A stretch of DNA of 64,000 bases, taken from contig JAYWIR010000038.1 of assembly GCA_036172245.1 (NCBI GenBank), positions 1,922,001 to 1,986,000 on the forward strand. Direction: 5' to 3'. Shown in pieces: positions 13,031 through 25,445 of this stretch (position 1 is its first letter; each line of letters opens with the position of its first letter). The stretch comes from Raillietiella orientalis (lineage: Eukaryota). The notes beneath the pieces are model-generated. The model ran no database searches, was not told the DNA's origin, and worked only from the letters and a program-made list of their open reading frames with translations. The position numbers and the translations under genes are program-made.

Positions 13031-16000
13031 TCAGCACGCACCCTTGGATGGCGTACAACAGTACAGAAAGTGGAAGCCGAAGCGCTCACATGGTCACGTG
13101 ACGCATGTGCGGATGTGCATGGAATTTTTCAGGAGACCACGCACACGCGCTCCCTCAGGTATCTCCCGTTCCCACGGAAACGCCTTCATCCAAACAAGGC
13201 CCGATGCGCCGTCATCCTTAGGCACGCAACTGCATGTGAGATTCCATGATTGTTTGTGCCGTGTGTCGGCGGCATTCCACAAGAAAAATATTTCACGAAA
13301 AGTGAAAGGGGAGCCCAGTGATAGCAGGGCAGTGGGAGGAATCGATTCAACCATGCAATCCCGTGATTACCGATTCGCCGTTTCTTTCCTTCCGGAGAAC
13401 GTTTTCCTTCGAGCCCAAGAGGAAAACCATCCGAATATATCGCTGGTTCAACCTGATGCTGGAGGGTATCTCGCGCTCGACGTAGGTTGCATGCCGATGG
13501 GCATGGATGTTCTTAGTTAGGAAACGGCAACCCGCGTGTGCCGGACTTCCGGTCGTGCGCCGCCGACTACATCCACTTGTAACTCTGCGTGACAAAGTCT
13601 CATCCGCTTAGTTTTTTTTTTTTTTTTTTTCTCCCGATTGGCAGGCCCTCATTTGAGGAATTTGAGGGATTCCCAGGATGGTCTCGGGGTCTCGGGTCTA
13701 CCGATCGCACGTACGTTTCCCCGTTCTCGTGACGGATGTACACAGATCACCGGGGAGAGAAAAAAAAAAAAAACCTTTCGACCCGCTGCAGAGAGCATGG
13801 ATGAGCAGCCTGCGGGAACACCAGTTCTTTCTCAGCAGAGGAACAGAGGTCGTTCCTCTTGACGAACAGACGAGGAGTCCATCTGGGTCAGGCAGAAGGC
13901 GCTGCATACGACCTGGGCGTCCAGGTCCTGTCCCATGGCAAGGAAGATGGCGGAGATGGTGTTGAAGAGTGGGCGTTGCAGCCGCCAACGGCGCCTGCTA
14001 GGGCGGAGCCCACCAGGCTCTTGGAGACGTTGAGCGAGGCCAGACTCCCGACGGTGGTGCGCAGGACTCTTTCAGGGCTAGACGATTCCCTGAATTGTTC
14101 AACTCTGAAGAAGCGATCCGGAGAGAAGAAATCAGGTAACCAACAGACCCTACAAGTCAGCCCTCGTAAAGCAAGTTCAGCAGTCCGCACGTAATATGAA
14201 GAGAAGATGTGACCGAAAACTTTCGAGGAAGGCGACCAAGGAAGCATAAGATCAAATTAGTTCTTGAGCTGCGTTGCAGGAGTCGAGGGATAAAAACGCA
14301 GTGGCAGATTTGTTTATGCAATGGAGTTCTATTGTAACAGCATTACCTATAAGAAGTTCCAAGCGGAAGTTTCCCGAGCTAAAAAGTAATAGCAGAAGAA
14401 AGCAGCCAAATGCTTATTTTCCTCTCCAGTGGCCAATCGAGAAGCCACACGGAGTGCTTCCCCATCTGGCCAAAGTTCCGCGGACCATGCAATAGTCTCT
14501 TCCTGTAGCATCACAAAGTAATCATTAGTAATCTTCAACTGGAAGAGCACGTACGTGGGCAATCAGGGATTGCACGCTCGTAAAATGGGGACTGTTCCAT
14601 TGGGGAGCCCGTCCTCATACATACCAGCGGAAGCTGGGTTTTTCCTCTAGATCTGAAACGAGATCTTCTGCAGTTTTCTCACTGGAGTTTCCATCCAGCC
14701 AGCACGGGTACCAGGAGGTTTGCGTCCCCAAACTGTTTGAGGTGCGGGGCAATGGGATCGTTCCCGCACCTCCCGATGGGCCGCGGTGCCCTCGAGAACG
14801 CTCTGCGGAGGCTAGCTTCAGCGCCTGGGTAGCGCGAAGACACCGCCCTGGACTCTCGGCGGCGGTTTCCCACGAGAGGCGACCCTCGGCAGACGCCCTG
14901 GCTGCGACGACGCGCTGTTGCATCCGCGCCATCGCGTCCCAGCCAGCCACGTGCTGGAGGGCGGCAGAGGGAGGGCAGCCTCATTGCAGCCGCCTTCGTG
15001 AGCAGGGCTGCTAGGTGGCCTCGCCTGGAAGAAGTCGCTGAGGAGATCGCTAAAATTCGGCTTCGTTTCCAGGAAGGAACGAGTAACTTATACCATCCTT
15101 ACTTCCTGGAACCGAAGGGGAAGGAAAAGAGGGGAAAAGAAAGAAACGGGGGGCTCACAATCACAAAGATCGCGTCTTGCCACTCCTATCGCCATTGAGA
15201 ATCTCAAGGCATTTCACGCTCGCTTCTTCGTCAGCCGCCTTCCTTCTGGCTTCCGTGGGCTTCTCTCCCTCCTCCCCTGCGATGCTTGCCCGGATCAGTT
15301 CATTCGGGGCATCGAAGATCGCATATGCACATGTGAATGTGCTGCACGTAATTTCCCGTTCTCCTTTCGCAGCACTTTGCCCACTTTCTCTTTCCATTCG
15401 ATTCACACACTCCCTGTAAATCATCAGACAAAGCGCAAAAAAAACAAAAGAAAGGATTTCAGGGGAAGAGAAGTATTGAGTTGGCGAAGCTCCCAGACAA
15501 ATGGTGCTCCCCCGCTGAGCGTGATCCACTCCCTATCCGTCTATCTCTGCCGAAATCAGGGAGTCCACGAACGAACTGGGATACCGTATAAAGCCGTACT
15601 GTGGAATCGACCTGGTCTGCTCCCGAGTGGAAGGAGTGTGGAATTCCATCCAGTGGTTGGTTTTGCGCCGATGTGAAGAAGTGGCAAAGCGGATTCTTGC
15701 ACACCTACTTCCGGATGCAGCTGATTCGAAGTAAACAGGTCTTCAAGGATGCTTTCCAGATGGCATGAAGGTACTTACCCAAGGCTTCCCTTTGGTCACT
15801 TCTGAGCGAATGATGTGTTTCAGCAGTTCCCTAGTACTTCATCATGTGCTTCAAACCTGCTTTGAGCAGGTTCGAAGCACATGGCGTCGAAGACATCGAG
15901 GAAATCTTTCAGCCTGTCTCAGACTAATGAGGAGGAAAAAGTGCGTCCTGGTATGATGTGAAGAGCGGCCGACAGTACATAAGAGGAAGATCAGTGACTG

Positions 16001-16389
16001 CATCTGGATGACTCTCATGTGGAAGAAAAAAAAAAAAAAAGGAAGGAGAGAAAGAAATCGCTCGCTTAAGACGCAGGAAACAGCCTCATGCTAGAAGCAA
16101 CGGTCGACGAGCCATGTGCGAGGTATGAATGCAGGAGAACCGAGCTGGAATTGCTCGACTCTGGAGGAGCAGTTTCAAAAGACAGAAGGACACGTTGATT
16201 TATTAATCTCGAGCTGTCCTATTGGGACAAAGGACAGCTCGCGACTTCTGCTGAAGATAAAGCCCAATTTCCGCGCAGAAAACCACAAGCTTCACGAGGA
16301 TCAGCAAATCACATCGCAGTTTCATTCAATGAGGTTGGTCAGAGTTGGTGCCAGAAGGTTCCATATTAGGGGCATGGAACGTTGAATAA

Positions 16390-16870
16390 ACGTAAATAAA
16401 CCATAACCGATCGTCCAAATCTACCAAATTCTATATTTATGCCGCCTTTTAACCATACTGATAGCCTCCCCATTCACTCATATCTCACAATCAAACCTAA
16501 TGTGGCAAACTGAAGAATGAGCGATTATTACCTTGTAATCTACTTCGCGAGAACGCGTCGAACCCCTCTTTACACCGCCCACCATCCTTATTCCTACCAA
16601 ATCAATCCCTATCATCCCATACCTATATTTCCCTAAAGAATAGCACGAACCCATAACTTTCCCACTTCAACGTAACAACCGCAAGAACTGCTGCATGTGT
16701 TGAACCATAGGAAACATCCCACATCAGCCTTAGGAAGCTACGAATGTACTTTATGTGCTGGCGATTTCACACAAACAGAATGTACTCTGGCTAACATCAC
16801 CCCTTTCACCCCTAGCTTTCCCTCTACCATTCTCTCAATTAATACAAACATGCAAACTTTGGTTTCCAAA
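16390..16870 (+). other. Possible decayed NUMT, cytochrome b-like C-terminal region
   Basis: C/A-rich, G-poor block; TIKPN (~HIKPEW), LLRENASNP (~ILRSIPNK) and IPIIPYLYFPK..MTFPLQ (~ILPFL..KF...FYPLNQ) in order. Confidence 0.28.
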
Positions 16871-18367
16871 CGCTTCCTCTGATGGCCTCATGACGTCACA
16901 GTCACTGCTGCAGAAATCATTTAACTTGCAAAAAATACATAAAACATGGAAAAAGTCATCCCTCACAAATCCTCTGCCAGATTCCGAATGGACAGAACGA
17001 ATCTCGGTGGTCCGACAGTCACCCACAAACATTTTGTTTGAACGCTGCTTCTTCGCGGGCTGTTGAAATCAACTCTACCAGAGAAAATCTTTATTTCTCA
17101 CTGCGAACTCGAAAAGTCGCCCTTCCTGTGGGAAAAGCGATTCTGACCGAGCAGGCAACAGGTAGGAGTCCCTCCTCCCTTCGGCTGCAGTACTTTTGAG
17201 AAATGGATTTTGAAGGATCCGGAAAAAGGGTCTGAGAAACGAAATTAGGGCCTAATGAAATTGCTTCCCTATAGGCGAATTATGGGGAATCTGCTTCTTG
17301 CTTCCCAAAGACGAGAAGTCGGAGTATTCTGAGAGGAAACGAAGAATCTCGCAGGTCTCGAAGATTTACAACGGGATTACGGTCACCCCGGTTAGTCCAC
17401 ATGGACGCGCGTCTCGGAGAGCAGCAGGGTCTCGTTCCGCCTCGGAAAACTTCTCAGAAACCACGATCGATGGATCAAGAAAGATGGGGTCGGATGATGT
17501 TCACGGAGCAGTTCGAGCACCAACTCGTCAAAATGACTTCTGGGCTTACGCAGGACTTAGGAAGGCAGCAGGGGAAACTTTCTAGCCCGACGGTATTCGT
17601 TCGTTCGCCTTGGGGCAGTCGTCTTTCAGATCAAAATCACCGAGCAATGAAGATTTATTCATCTCATCGAGATACACGGACGGAAAGAAAAGAAGGAATG
17701 TTCCGCTGCGTTGAGTAGCCGTGGTTACGGGAGGAAACACACCACGGAATCGGGATCTGGAAACTCACTTTCTGTCTAGAACAACAAGAGGAAAAAAAAA
17801 AAAAAAAAAGAAAAGTGAAGAGGAAAGAAAACGTGCGATGGTCGAGCGCACGGAATCGATGGAAAGAAGGCGGAAGGAAATCGTCCAGTCGGAGAAGAAG
17901 GAAAAGAGAAAACTTCTCATCTGCATTGTGCCGGAAGCTGGAAAGCGATATCACGATATATGATCGTCCAGCAACAAAACATGCCGAAAATTAGATGCTC
18001 CTCGTTACTGAGTCACCAGTTCCATCCGGTAGAGAAAACAGCCTGTGACAGAGAACATCTGAATGGTCATCGCGCACCCACGGGAAACCCCGCTGGAGGG
18101 TACGTTGCTGCACCAGGAAGGTCCCATCTGGGGCCCTTCTCTTAACTTGCCCGAACTAGAAGGAAGCCTCGAAGAAAACTCTCCCGTTCCAAGTCCTCGA
18201 ACTTCCCATGCAGCGACATCCCGGCCGGGACAAGCACTCCCCGAGTGCTCCCAGTCTGTCTGGGGACCGCTCTCCTGAAATTCCTCGCCCCACAGACGGC
18301 ACCCCCCCACGAATCTTCACGGCAGCGGCGCTCTAATCCTGTCGTGAAGACACGGAGCAGGTGGAAC

Positions 18368-18930
18368 ACGTGTGGCTGCCGTCACCGCAAGCGCTGCGGG
18401 TTCGAATCCCCACGTGGAGGAACGACCTGTACCTGTAACGGAACTGGTTGATACCCTCCTCTGAGGGTAGCCTCTCGGGAGCGCCAAGAAGCGCTCTGCT
18501 CCCTTCAAGGAGAGTCCTTCAGGGAAATGTGAAAGCGTCCCTTCCGAGTACTCTTCAGAAGAGGAAACTAGGTTCCCTTGAAGGTTTCCTCCGGAGGAGA
18601 AATTCCGGGGGTGGATCCTTTCCGGGTTTCTTTCCGACGAGTAATGAGAGGTGACCCCCTCTGGGGTCCCTCCAGAGGAAATAAAGAAGAGGTTCCCTTA
18701 AGGGTTCCCCTCCCAAGTGTAAGAGCAACGGACTCCTCCCGTCGGAGCGTTCCTGGATTCATAGGATGGTTCCTCCTGGGTGACCCCCTATAACATGAAG
18801 AGTCACACGCACCCTCGGGTGGTGTGAGCCGTGTTAAAGATCTTTGTGAGCCTCCCCTGAGGAGGCGAACAGTTCTCCAGCACTTGTTGAGGACCAAAAA
18901 GAAAAAAAAAGCTGGAAGGAAAGTAGAACC
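18368..18930 (+). mobile_element. SINE copy 4 with A-rich 3' end
   Basis: GCGGGTTCGAATCCC head; family body; GTGTTAAAG...AAAAAGAAAAAAAAA tail. Confidence 0.7.
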
Positions 18931-20440
18931 CCATAGAGTGACTCCTACTTGGGGACTCGAAACAGGATGAAGCAGAGACCACCTGCAGGAAGCATATCTT
19001 GCGCAAAGTGCTTTGCTAATGAAGCCAAGATCCTGTTTCACGGGAGGAGGACTTTGTCCCTCCCTCTCTTGGAGAGCTTCTCTCGGCAACCTCTGGAATG
19101 TTCAAGCAATTTGACTGACCCGTTTGCTCTTTCCTCTTCTGTTCTTCCAACGAAGAACTTGTCTTCAGGGTTAGACGTCGACGTGTTACTCGCGGACGCA
19201 CAAATTCCGCGATCGATCCGTGCACCCAGATGACGTTAGGGCCATTGCATTCCGGATGGGAACCTCGAAAAAACAAGGAAGAAGGGACTTAAGATGCTAC
19301 ACCTCGCTATAGCAGCCAGAACCAGTCCGCATCACGGTCTTAGTGCCCTGAAGTAACCACAGAAGTGGCTCCGAAACGGAAGGACAGAGGCAGCTTTGAG
19401 AGCCCACTGAAATGACTGCGTCATGGACGTGGGAACAACCCGTTGGTCGAAGTGAATTTATCAAAAGAATCTTCGTGGCGACTTGACCGACGTCGAGGAA
19501 GGTTCTAAACGTGAAGGTCTCAGGGATGCTGGTTTCTGAGAACTCTCGGAGGAGGGGCAGCACAGAAAAACAAAGCAAAAGAAACGGAGGACGCTCCGAA
19601 GCAGTGGATCCATTCTTGAAAGACCCATTCCTCATTGGAATCCTAATTGAAAGAACGAAACCTTGACGGTCATCAAATAAACATCCTCATTACTATCTTA
19701 ACTGGCTGAAGCTCTCCTGTACTCTTGCGAGCCGTTCATCTTGCTTATCCTTCCGGTCATCGAGCCATCGAACGAAAAGAAAAGTCTGCAGTTTTCATTA
19801 ACCCTGGCATCGGGACGGGAGCGTTTGTGCCGACGCGTCCCATTAGTCCCGTCTCGAAATTCCTTCGAAGCTCAGAGTTGTCTGAGTTTTTCTTTTCCCC
19901 TCTCGCGCTTCTGCCGTAGTCAGAGGACGGACTCGCTCAGGAAAGCAGGCAGAGGGATGGGAGAGCAGGTACACGGAGCTCGTCCAGAAGAATAACGGAA
20001 ACAGAGTCCGCGACTGAGTGTGATCAGGTAACCTGCACAGGTGGCGGAGGGAGGCAGAAGAACTCGTTCGGATGTAAGGATGGAGCCAGCAACGGCCACT
20101 GGTAACCCGAAAACGACCCGACAAGCCAAGTCCAGGAAGTCCCTCCGAGCGACGAAGAAACACGAGGATCAAGCCGTCGACCTACAAGGGTCTGGCCAAG
20201 ACTGCGACAGCCCGTGCGCAAAGCTTGAACCGCGATTCGCCACGAGGGGGGCTTCGCGGTCCTGAACTGGTGGAAGAAACATCAGACAGACCGGCACTTA
20301 GTTGAAGTGACGGAGCGCAGATGCCGAGGCAACAGGGTCAACCCCGCAAGGATGATCCAGGAACTGCATACGCGATCCCATCCTTCGCTGAAGCTGGAGG
20401 AATAAAGACTGACTGCCAATGGTGGTGGTGCGGTGGAAGA

Positions 20441-21125
20441 CTCTTTTTCTTTTTGGCATGTCAAGTGCTGAAGAACCCTTCGCCAACCTAGAGGGGGATC
20501 ACGAAGCTCCTCGACAACGCCTATGCCACCCGAGGGGGCACGTTAGCTCTTTTAGCCAGGGAGTAACTAGGAAGGGCCGCCCTATGGATCCAGGAAGATT
20601 CTGGAGAAAGGAGTCTGTTTCTCTCGCTCTTGGGAGGGAACCCCGAAGGGGATCTCTCTTTTATTCTGTCCGAATGGACCCACTATGGGAGGCCATTCCT
20701 TGTCTCTTCTTCGGATGGAAATTCGCAAGGGAGCTGTTCCCTCTTTCCTCCTCTGAAGAGAACCTTGGAGGGACGCTTCCACATTTCTCTAAAGGGTCCG
20801 CTCTCTAAAAAGAGCAGCGAGCTTCTTGGCACTCTGGAAAGGCAACGATCTCGAGGAGCATGCCAACCAGCTCCATGATACGCGATGGTACGGCTCCCTT
20901 TTAACAACCGGAGGGGAACCCCAAAGGGGTTCTTGATTCTTGGAAGGACCTAGACTGCTCCTGGACAGTCAACGGAGACATCCGGCTTCCACCAGTGCCC
21001 CACGAGAAGCCTACCAGTGCCATCCTGCTGGAAAGACTCTTAAACCCACGACGCACCCATTTTCTAGGCGTCGATCCTTCCACGGGCAGGATTGGAAGCT
21101 GCAGCCACATGGCCGCCAGCCCGGA
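20441..21125 (-). mobile_element. SINE copy 5
   Basis: GCCACCCGAGGG, CTATGGATCCAGGAAG and CTCTGAAGAGAACC blocks are collinear with the other copies; the head is degenerate. Confidence 0.7.
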
Positions 21126-21599
21126 CTCGTTTTAGGTGCAGAGACAATAATGGATTTTGAGCATCCAGAAATACGACGCGGTTTCTTAGCCTTGAACGAC
21201 ACACTGGAGACATCGGCTTTTACGAAAAAACTCGGTTGCGAGGGACTTGCGTCTTTGCTTCCCTGAGACCGGAAACGGATGAGGCAGTCCTGTCCAGCTG
21301 CAACCGATTCCGCTGTATTTCCAAGTAGGCAGCGAAGAGCTTCTGGGGATGAGGTCTTGAAACGGCTTGCCTGCCTGTTCGTCCCGGATAGCCATCACAT
21401 CGTTTGCTGCAGCGCTTCTGCCCTCAGGACAAGAAATGATAGCAGACAACCGAAGGGGTGAGAGTTGTCCTGTAACATTGCAGGAGTCGAAAAACTCCTG
21501 GACGGCTGCAAGACGAGCGAGGTGGTGGGAGCCGCCACTCCTCGTTCCAGGGCAAAGGGACTGCTTTGGTGGAGTGACCGGCTTGGTTTATCACGCCAA

Positions 21600-22950
21600 G
21601 ACGTTTATTATAAAAAATAAACATATATGTGTAGGGCCATCGGCCCTATATCGTCCGAAAATTCTCGGAACCTGCCGAGTAACCGGCATGCAGGCCGGCG
21701 AGGTTCTCCTCGGCTGCGGAGGAGGAGGGGGCAAACAGAAATAAAAATAGAACGAAAAAATGAATACAAAAAAATCGGGAGGCTTAGAGAAGGGATCGTC
21801 GTGCTGCATGTGGCGTAGGTCGTACCTCGTATAGTCGAACGAATCGTTCCCAGCATGCGCATGCGCATCCATTGTCGATCTTGAGAACGCAATTCCAGGC
21901 GCTGCCACAATCCGAGCAGCCGCCGTTCTTGTCGTGGCTCTGTCTGTCGTCGCTGTCCACACACGCATTCCCACGCTTGGGGCCGGCGGCACGACTGGAG
22001 CTCCACGAGGCCGACTCGTCATTGTGCATGTGCTGCCCTTCGGTGTCGTTGCCTCCATCCTCGTCGCCGCGGCGGGAGCACAGGGCGTCGCCGGAGGCGC
22101 ACGCAAATCTGCCTCCCGGTTCGTAAGTCGAGAGGGACTCTTCGGCAGCGGCGGCGCCCTAAACCCCGAGTTTCCAAGCTTCGCGGTCCCCGGACTCCGG
22201 ATGACAGGTAGGTCCGGATGTCTCTTCCGCCAACGCCATTCCATGGGCGCTCTCTTGAGTCGTCCGGATGCTAGGACCGGCGGCAGACCGAGCTCCTCCA
22301 GGGAGATGCTGTGGAACTTCACATTGCTCTGCGCTTGCCGCCGTATGATTTTCCCGATCTCCTGGAGCCTGACCTCGTCAGGCTCCAGGAGATCGGTAGA
22401 CCTCGTCGGAGGTCCTGCCTGCCTGCGTCCCGCAACTTTCTGGCTCGGACGCCTGGCTCTCGCGGCCCTCCTCGATCTCGGGGAGAGCAGTGCCTTTTAG
22501 CTCCCGCGGCCTTCTCGATCTTCTGTCTCTTGACGGGCTGCTGCTTCAGGCGCTCGAACTCCAGCAGCGACGAGGGGGAGCATCTCGCCAGTGACCTTAC
22601 TGCCGGAGAGAGTGGTGCTCCTCTTGCCCCGGAGCTACGAGCGCATGGCAACGCCGCGTGGCCAGAGCAGCGTTCTCTCCGGGATTGACAATCCGCGGTG
22701 CCTTCCGTTCGGGTGGTGCAGGGGCAGCTGACTTCAGCCTCTCCTGCATCCTCAGGATGCAACGGTTGAGCCGCCGAGGCCTCTCGAGAGGGGTCCTCGT
22801 CTGCCACCGCCGTGGTCGCAGGGGCGTAGCCGCACCCGCGGCATCACGGAAGGCCGCTGCTCGCCGGAGCTGCAGCAACGCCAGCTGGAAGCTACCTGCA
22901 CCGTTGTCTCCATGAGGGAGGCCTGCGGGTGGTCACATATCGAAGAGGAA
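21600..22950 (-). pseudogene. GC-rich, frameshifted gene fragment of unknown identity (retrocopy-like), inserted in VPS13 copy B
   Basis: Protein-like pieces LLEFERLKQQPVKRQKIEK and EPDEVRLQEIGKIIRRQAQSNVKFHSISLEELGLP, then an AT-rich tail with AATAAA (minus strand, ~21604-21609). Confidence 0.4.
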
Positions 22951-23778
22951 TTCAGCAGGATTCCCCTTCTGCTTTGCGGCAGTCATAGAAAAGAAACGGA
23001 AACCCCGGTGTTGTCGCTCTTCCCTCCATTTATTGCATGTCCTCCTTATCCCACGAATGCTCCAAGAAAATCCTACAGCTGACTTGCAAGAAGGCAACAA
23101 CTCGCACAGGAACTTCTTTTTTCCCTTTTTTTTCATCTCACAAGGAACCAAATTCCTTGTTTCCGTGAGTCTTATTTTTTCTTTTATAATAAACGCCCCG
23201 GGGCAGTCGGGGGAAAAGCCTTTTCTGGAACTGACCCCTGCACCAGAGAGATTCCGATCGCCTCATGCAGCTCACAGAGAGCCGAAAGTGCCTGGCGGAT
23301 GTCAAGCGATGAGTCAACTTCGAGCAAAGGAGCGAAACTTTTTCCCGAAACGATTCCACTGCCTCCGCTGTAAATCGATGACTGAATCGAGACGTCTCTG
23401 CTGCAGAAGTCATCTCAGCACCGGACGGGGTTTTTGAGGTCTCCGATTCGGAGGAGACCTCGTTTGACATACGCCCACGGTCATTTGACATTTCCGCTCG
23501 AGTGGCCACTGCCCGTTAGTCTCTCCTGGAGGTTACGGACGTGTTACGTACTCAAGTAGGTCGGGAAAACTCTATCCTGGAAAAGCGACCATTCCAAATC
23601 GACCAAGGGAGCAAGCCCGCAAGACCATACAGGGAATTGAGAGGAATCAATCCCATATTTCAATGGACTGAGGGAATTGGAAGGAAAACGTGCGAAGCAC
23701 AGTAACTAAGGGATTTCAAATGACCATAGTGGCGGATTGAGAACCGCATTCTGAAAATCCTTTGACGGCAGCCACACG

Positions 23779-23950
23779 ACCCGCGTTGAAAGCCGTGTGG
23801 CTACGCACGTGGTGCCAAACGCTGCGGACTCTAATCCCACCCGGGAGAGAATCGACTCCAAGAAATGGGTGCGTCATGGGTTTCAAGTCCCCCCCCGAGG
23901 GACGGCGCTGGTTGGCTTCGGGTGCGGCGGCACTGGTTGACATTCGGTCA
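23779..23950 (+). mobile_element. SINE 5' fragment (copy 6)
   Basis: CCCGCGTTGAAAGCCGTGTGGCT...AATCCCACCC...GGCACTGGT matches the head and start of the body. Confidence 0.6.
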
Positions 23951-24849
23951 AGCCGAAGCGTTTCCTTACGAAAAATAAACATCCATGTCTGTGGCACGAC
24001 GTTTGATCCTTCCACGTTACTTGTAACTACGAGAAGGAACCTGCCGGGAATCGGCACGCAGGCCAGTGGGATTCACCACGGCAGCACAGGGGGAAAAGGA
24101 GGCAAACAAAAGGAAAAACACAAAACAAAAAAACAGACAGTCAAAAAAAATGAGGGGGAGGGGTTCGGAAAGGGATTACTGTGTGCTGGAGGGTGTTCCA
24201 TGCATCCTTGCCAGGATGCTGGCAATTTCCTCTTTCACTGTTCTCAAATGGAATCATCTTGACACTGTTCTCATGAAGAGGATAGAAGAATAGATGGCGT
24301 CCCTGTCATTCTGGTCTCCTCTGGCATTACTCCATGCAGCCACAGTCCCGCCGCGTGGGCAGCAACGTGCTGCTAGGGAGGGATGCGGGCGGCGTGAGGG
24401 CGTTGCGCAGGAAGAGGCGCTTCAGAAGGTCACTAGAGTTGCTGCAGGGGGCTCCAAGGGTTGCGGCAAAACGTTCCCAAAGGGGTCGGAGGGCAACACA
24501 GTCCACTAGGAGGTGCGGGAGGAATTCCTGCTCCCTGAACCTTGCATAGTTTGGATCCACCCACACCCATATCAACAGATGCCGGCAGGCGTTGCACGGG
24601 AGGACCCAGCGCAGCATCAACGCCGACTCCGGCCACTTCAAGGGGATGGTGCGGGTGTTCATGAGCACTGGGGGACACTGCAGGTCTTCCCCTGAAATAC
24701 CCAGTAGCACGCCCTAGCGCAAAAGTCCACGAGGTCAAGCGACTGGGGTCGGAGAGTTGCTGAGCTGGCCCGTCGTCCATTCATCCAGTCTTTTCCTTCT
24801 TCCGGAGATTTCCACAGTGACCTTCCATCTAGCCACAAGGTTGCTGCCC

Positions 24850-25445
24850 ATGTGTGGCACTGGTGGATGCCTCCGTTGACTGCCGGAATGGGGAGTTCCA
24901 GGAATCAAGGAGCCCTTTGGGGTTCCCCGCCTTTGTGGAAATGGAACCGTTTTCATCCCCTCCTCTCAAAGGGTAGACCATTTAATACGTTCCACTGAGC
25001 TGGTCGAAACGTCTCCGGAGGATCAGGGGGGCGCTGCTCCCTTCGGGGAGCACCCTTCAGAGAAATCTGGAAGCGCCCCTTTGGGATCCTTTTCGGGTTT
25101 CCTCCGGAGAAGAAATAATGGAGTGGCCTCTTCGGGGGGTATCCCTCCGGAGGGAATAAGGAAGAGGTTTTCTTCGGAGACAACTCGGCGAGGGTCCCCT
25201 TCAGGATTCCCTCTTAAGCGGAGGAGGAACAGACTCTTCCCTCTGGAGCCTTCCTGGAATCACAGAATCGTAGATCCATAGGGTTCCTCCGGATCTACAC
25301 CCTAACTTGAAGCCAGATGCCCTCGGGTAGCGTGGACAGTGTTAAAGGTCCCATCCCTGAGGAGGCGGATGGTTCTTCAGTACGTAGCGAACCAAAAATA
25401 AAAAAAAAACAGCTGGACGGAAAACAGTGAAACAGAAGAACCCAG
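24850..25445 (+). mobile_element. SINE 3' part (copy 7), inserted in VPS13 copy C
   Basis: Starts at GGCACTGGTGGA; contains TGCTCCC-TTCG-GGGAGCA; ends CAGTGTTAAAG...AAAAATAAAAAAAAA. Confidence 0.7.

Larger units (their letters stand above)
12250..23727 (-). pseudogene. VPS13: VPS13A/C-like pseudogene copy B, chorein_N to C-terminus, interrupted by several insertions
   Basis: ATG at 23727 reads MVFESLVTVLRTF after removing three 1-nt insertions; then KYGIDSSQFPVWSCG and GHSSGNVK*PW (chorein_N). C-terminal motifs: WDAMARMQQRVV (~WVSFLDGRQRVL, ~14930), VLFQLKITND...FFCYYFLARETS (~LQVDNQ...FKYFMVLIQEM, 14350-14560), VLRTTVGSLASL (~LLKSIGATLTDV), FPWEREIPEG (~RPYDRQESEG, ~13160), SSHFEEWAQIFILK (~12300). 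Many stops and frameshifts. Confidence 0.75.
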
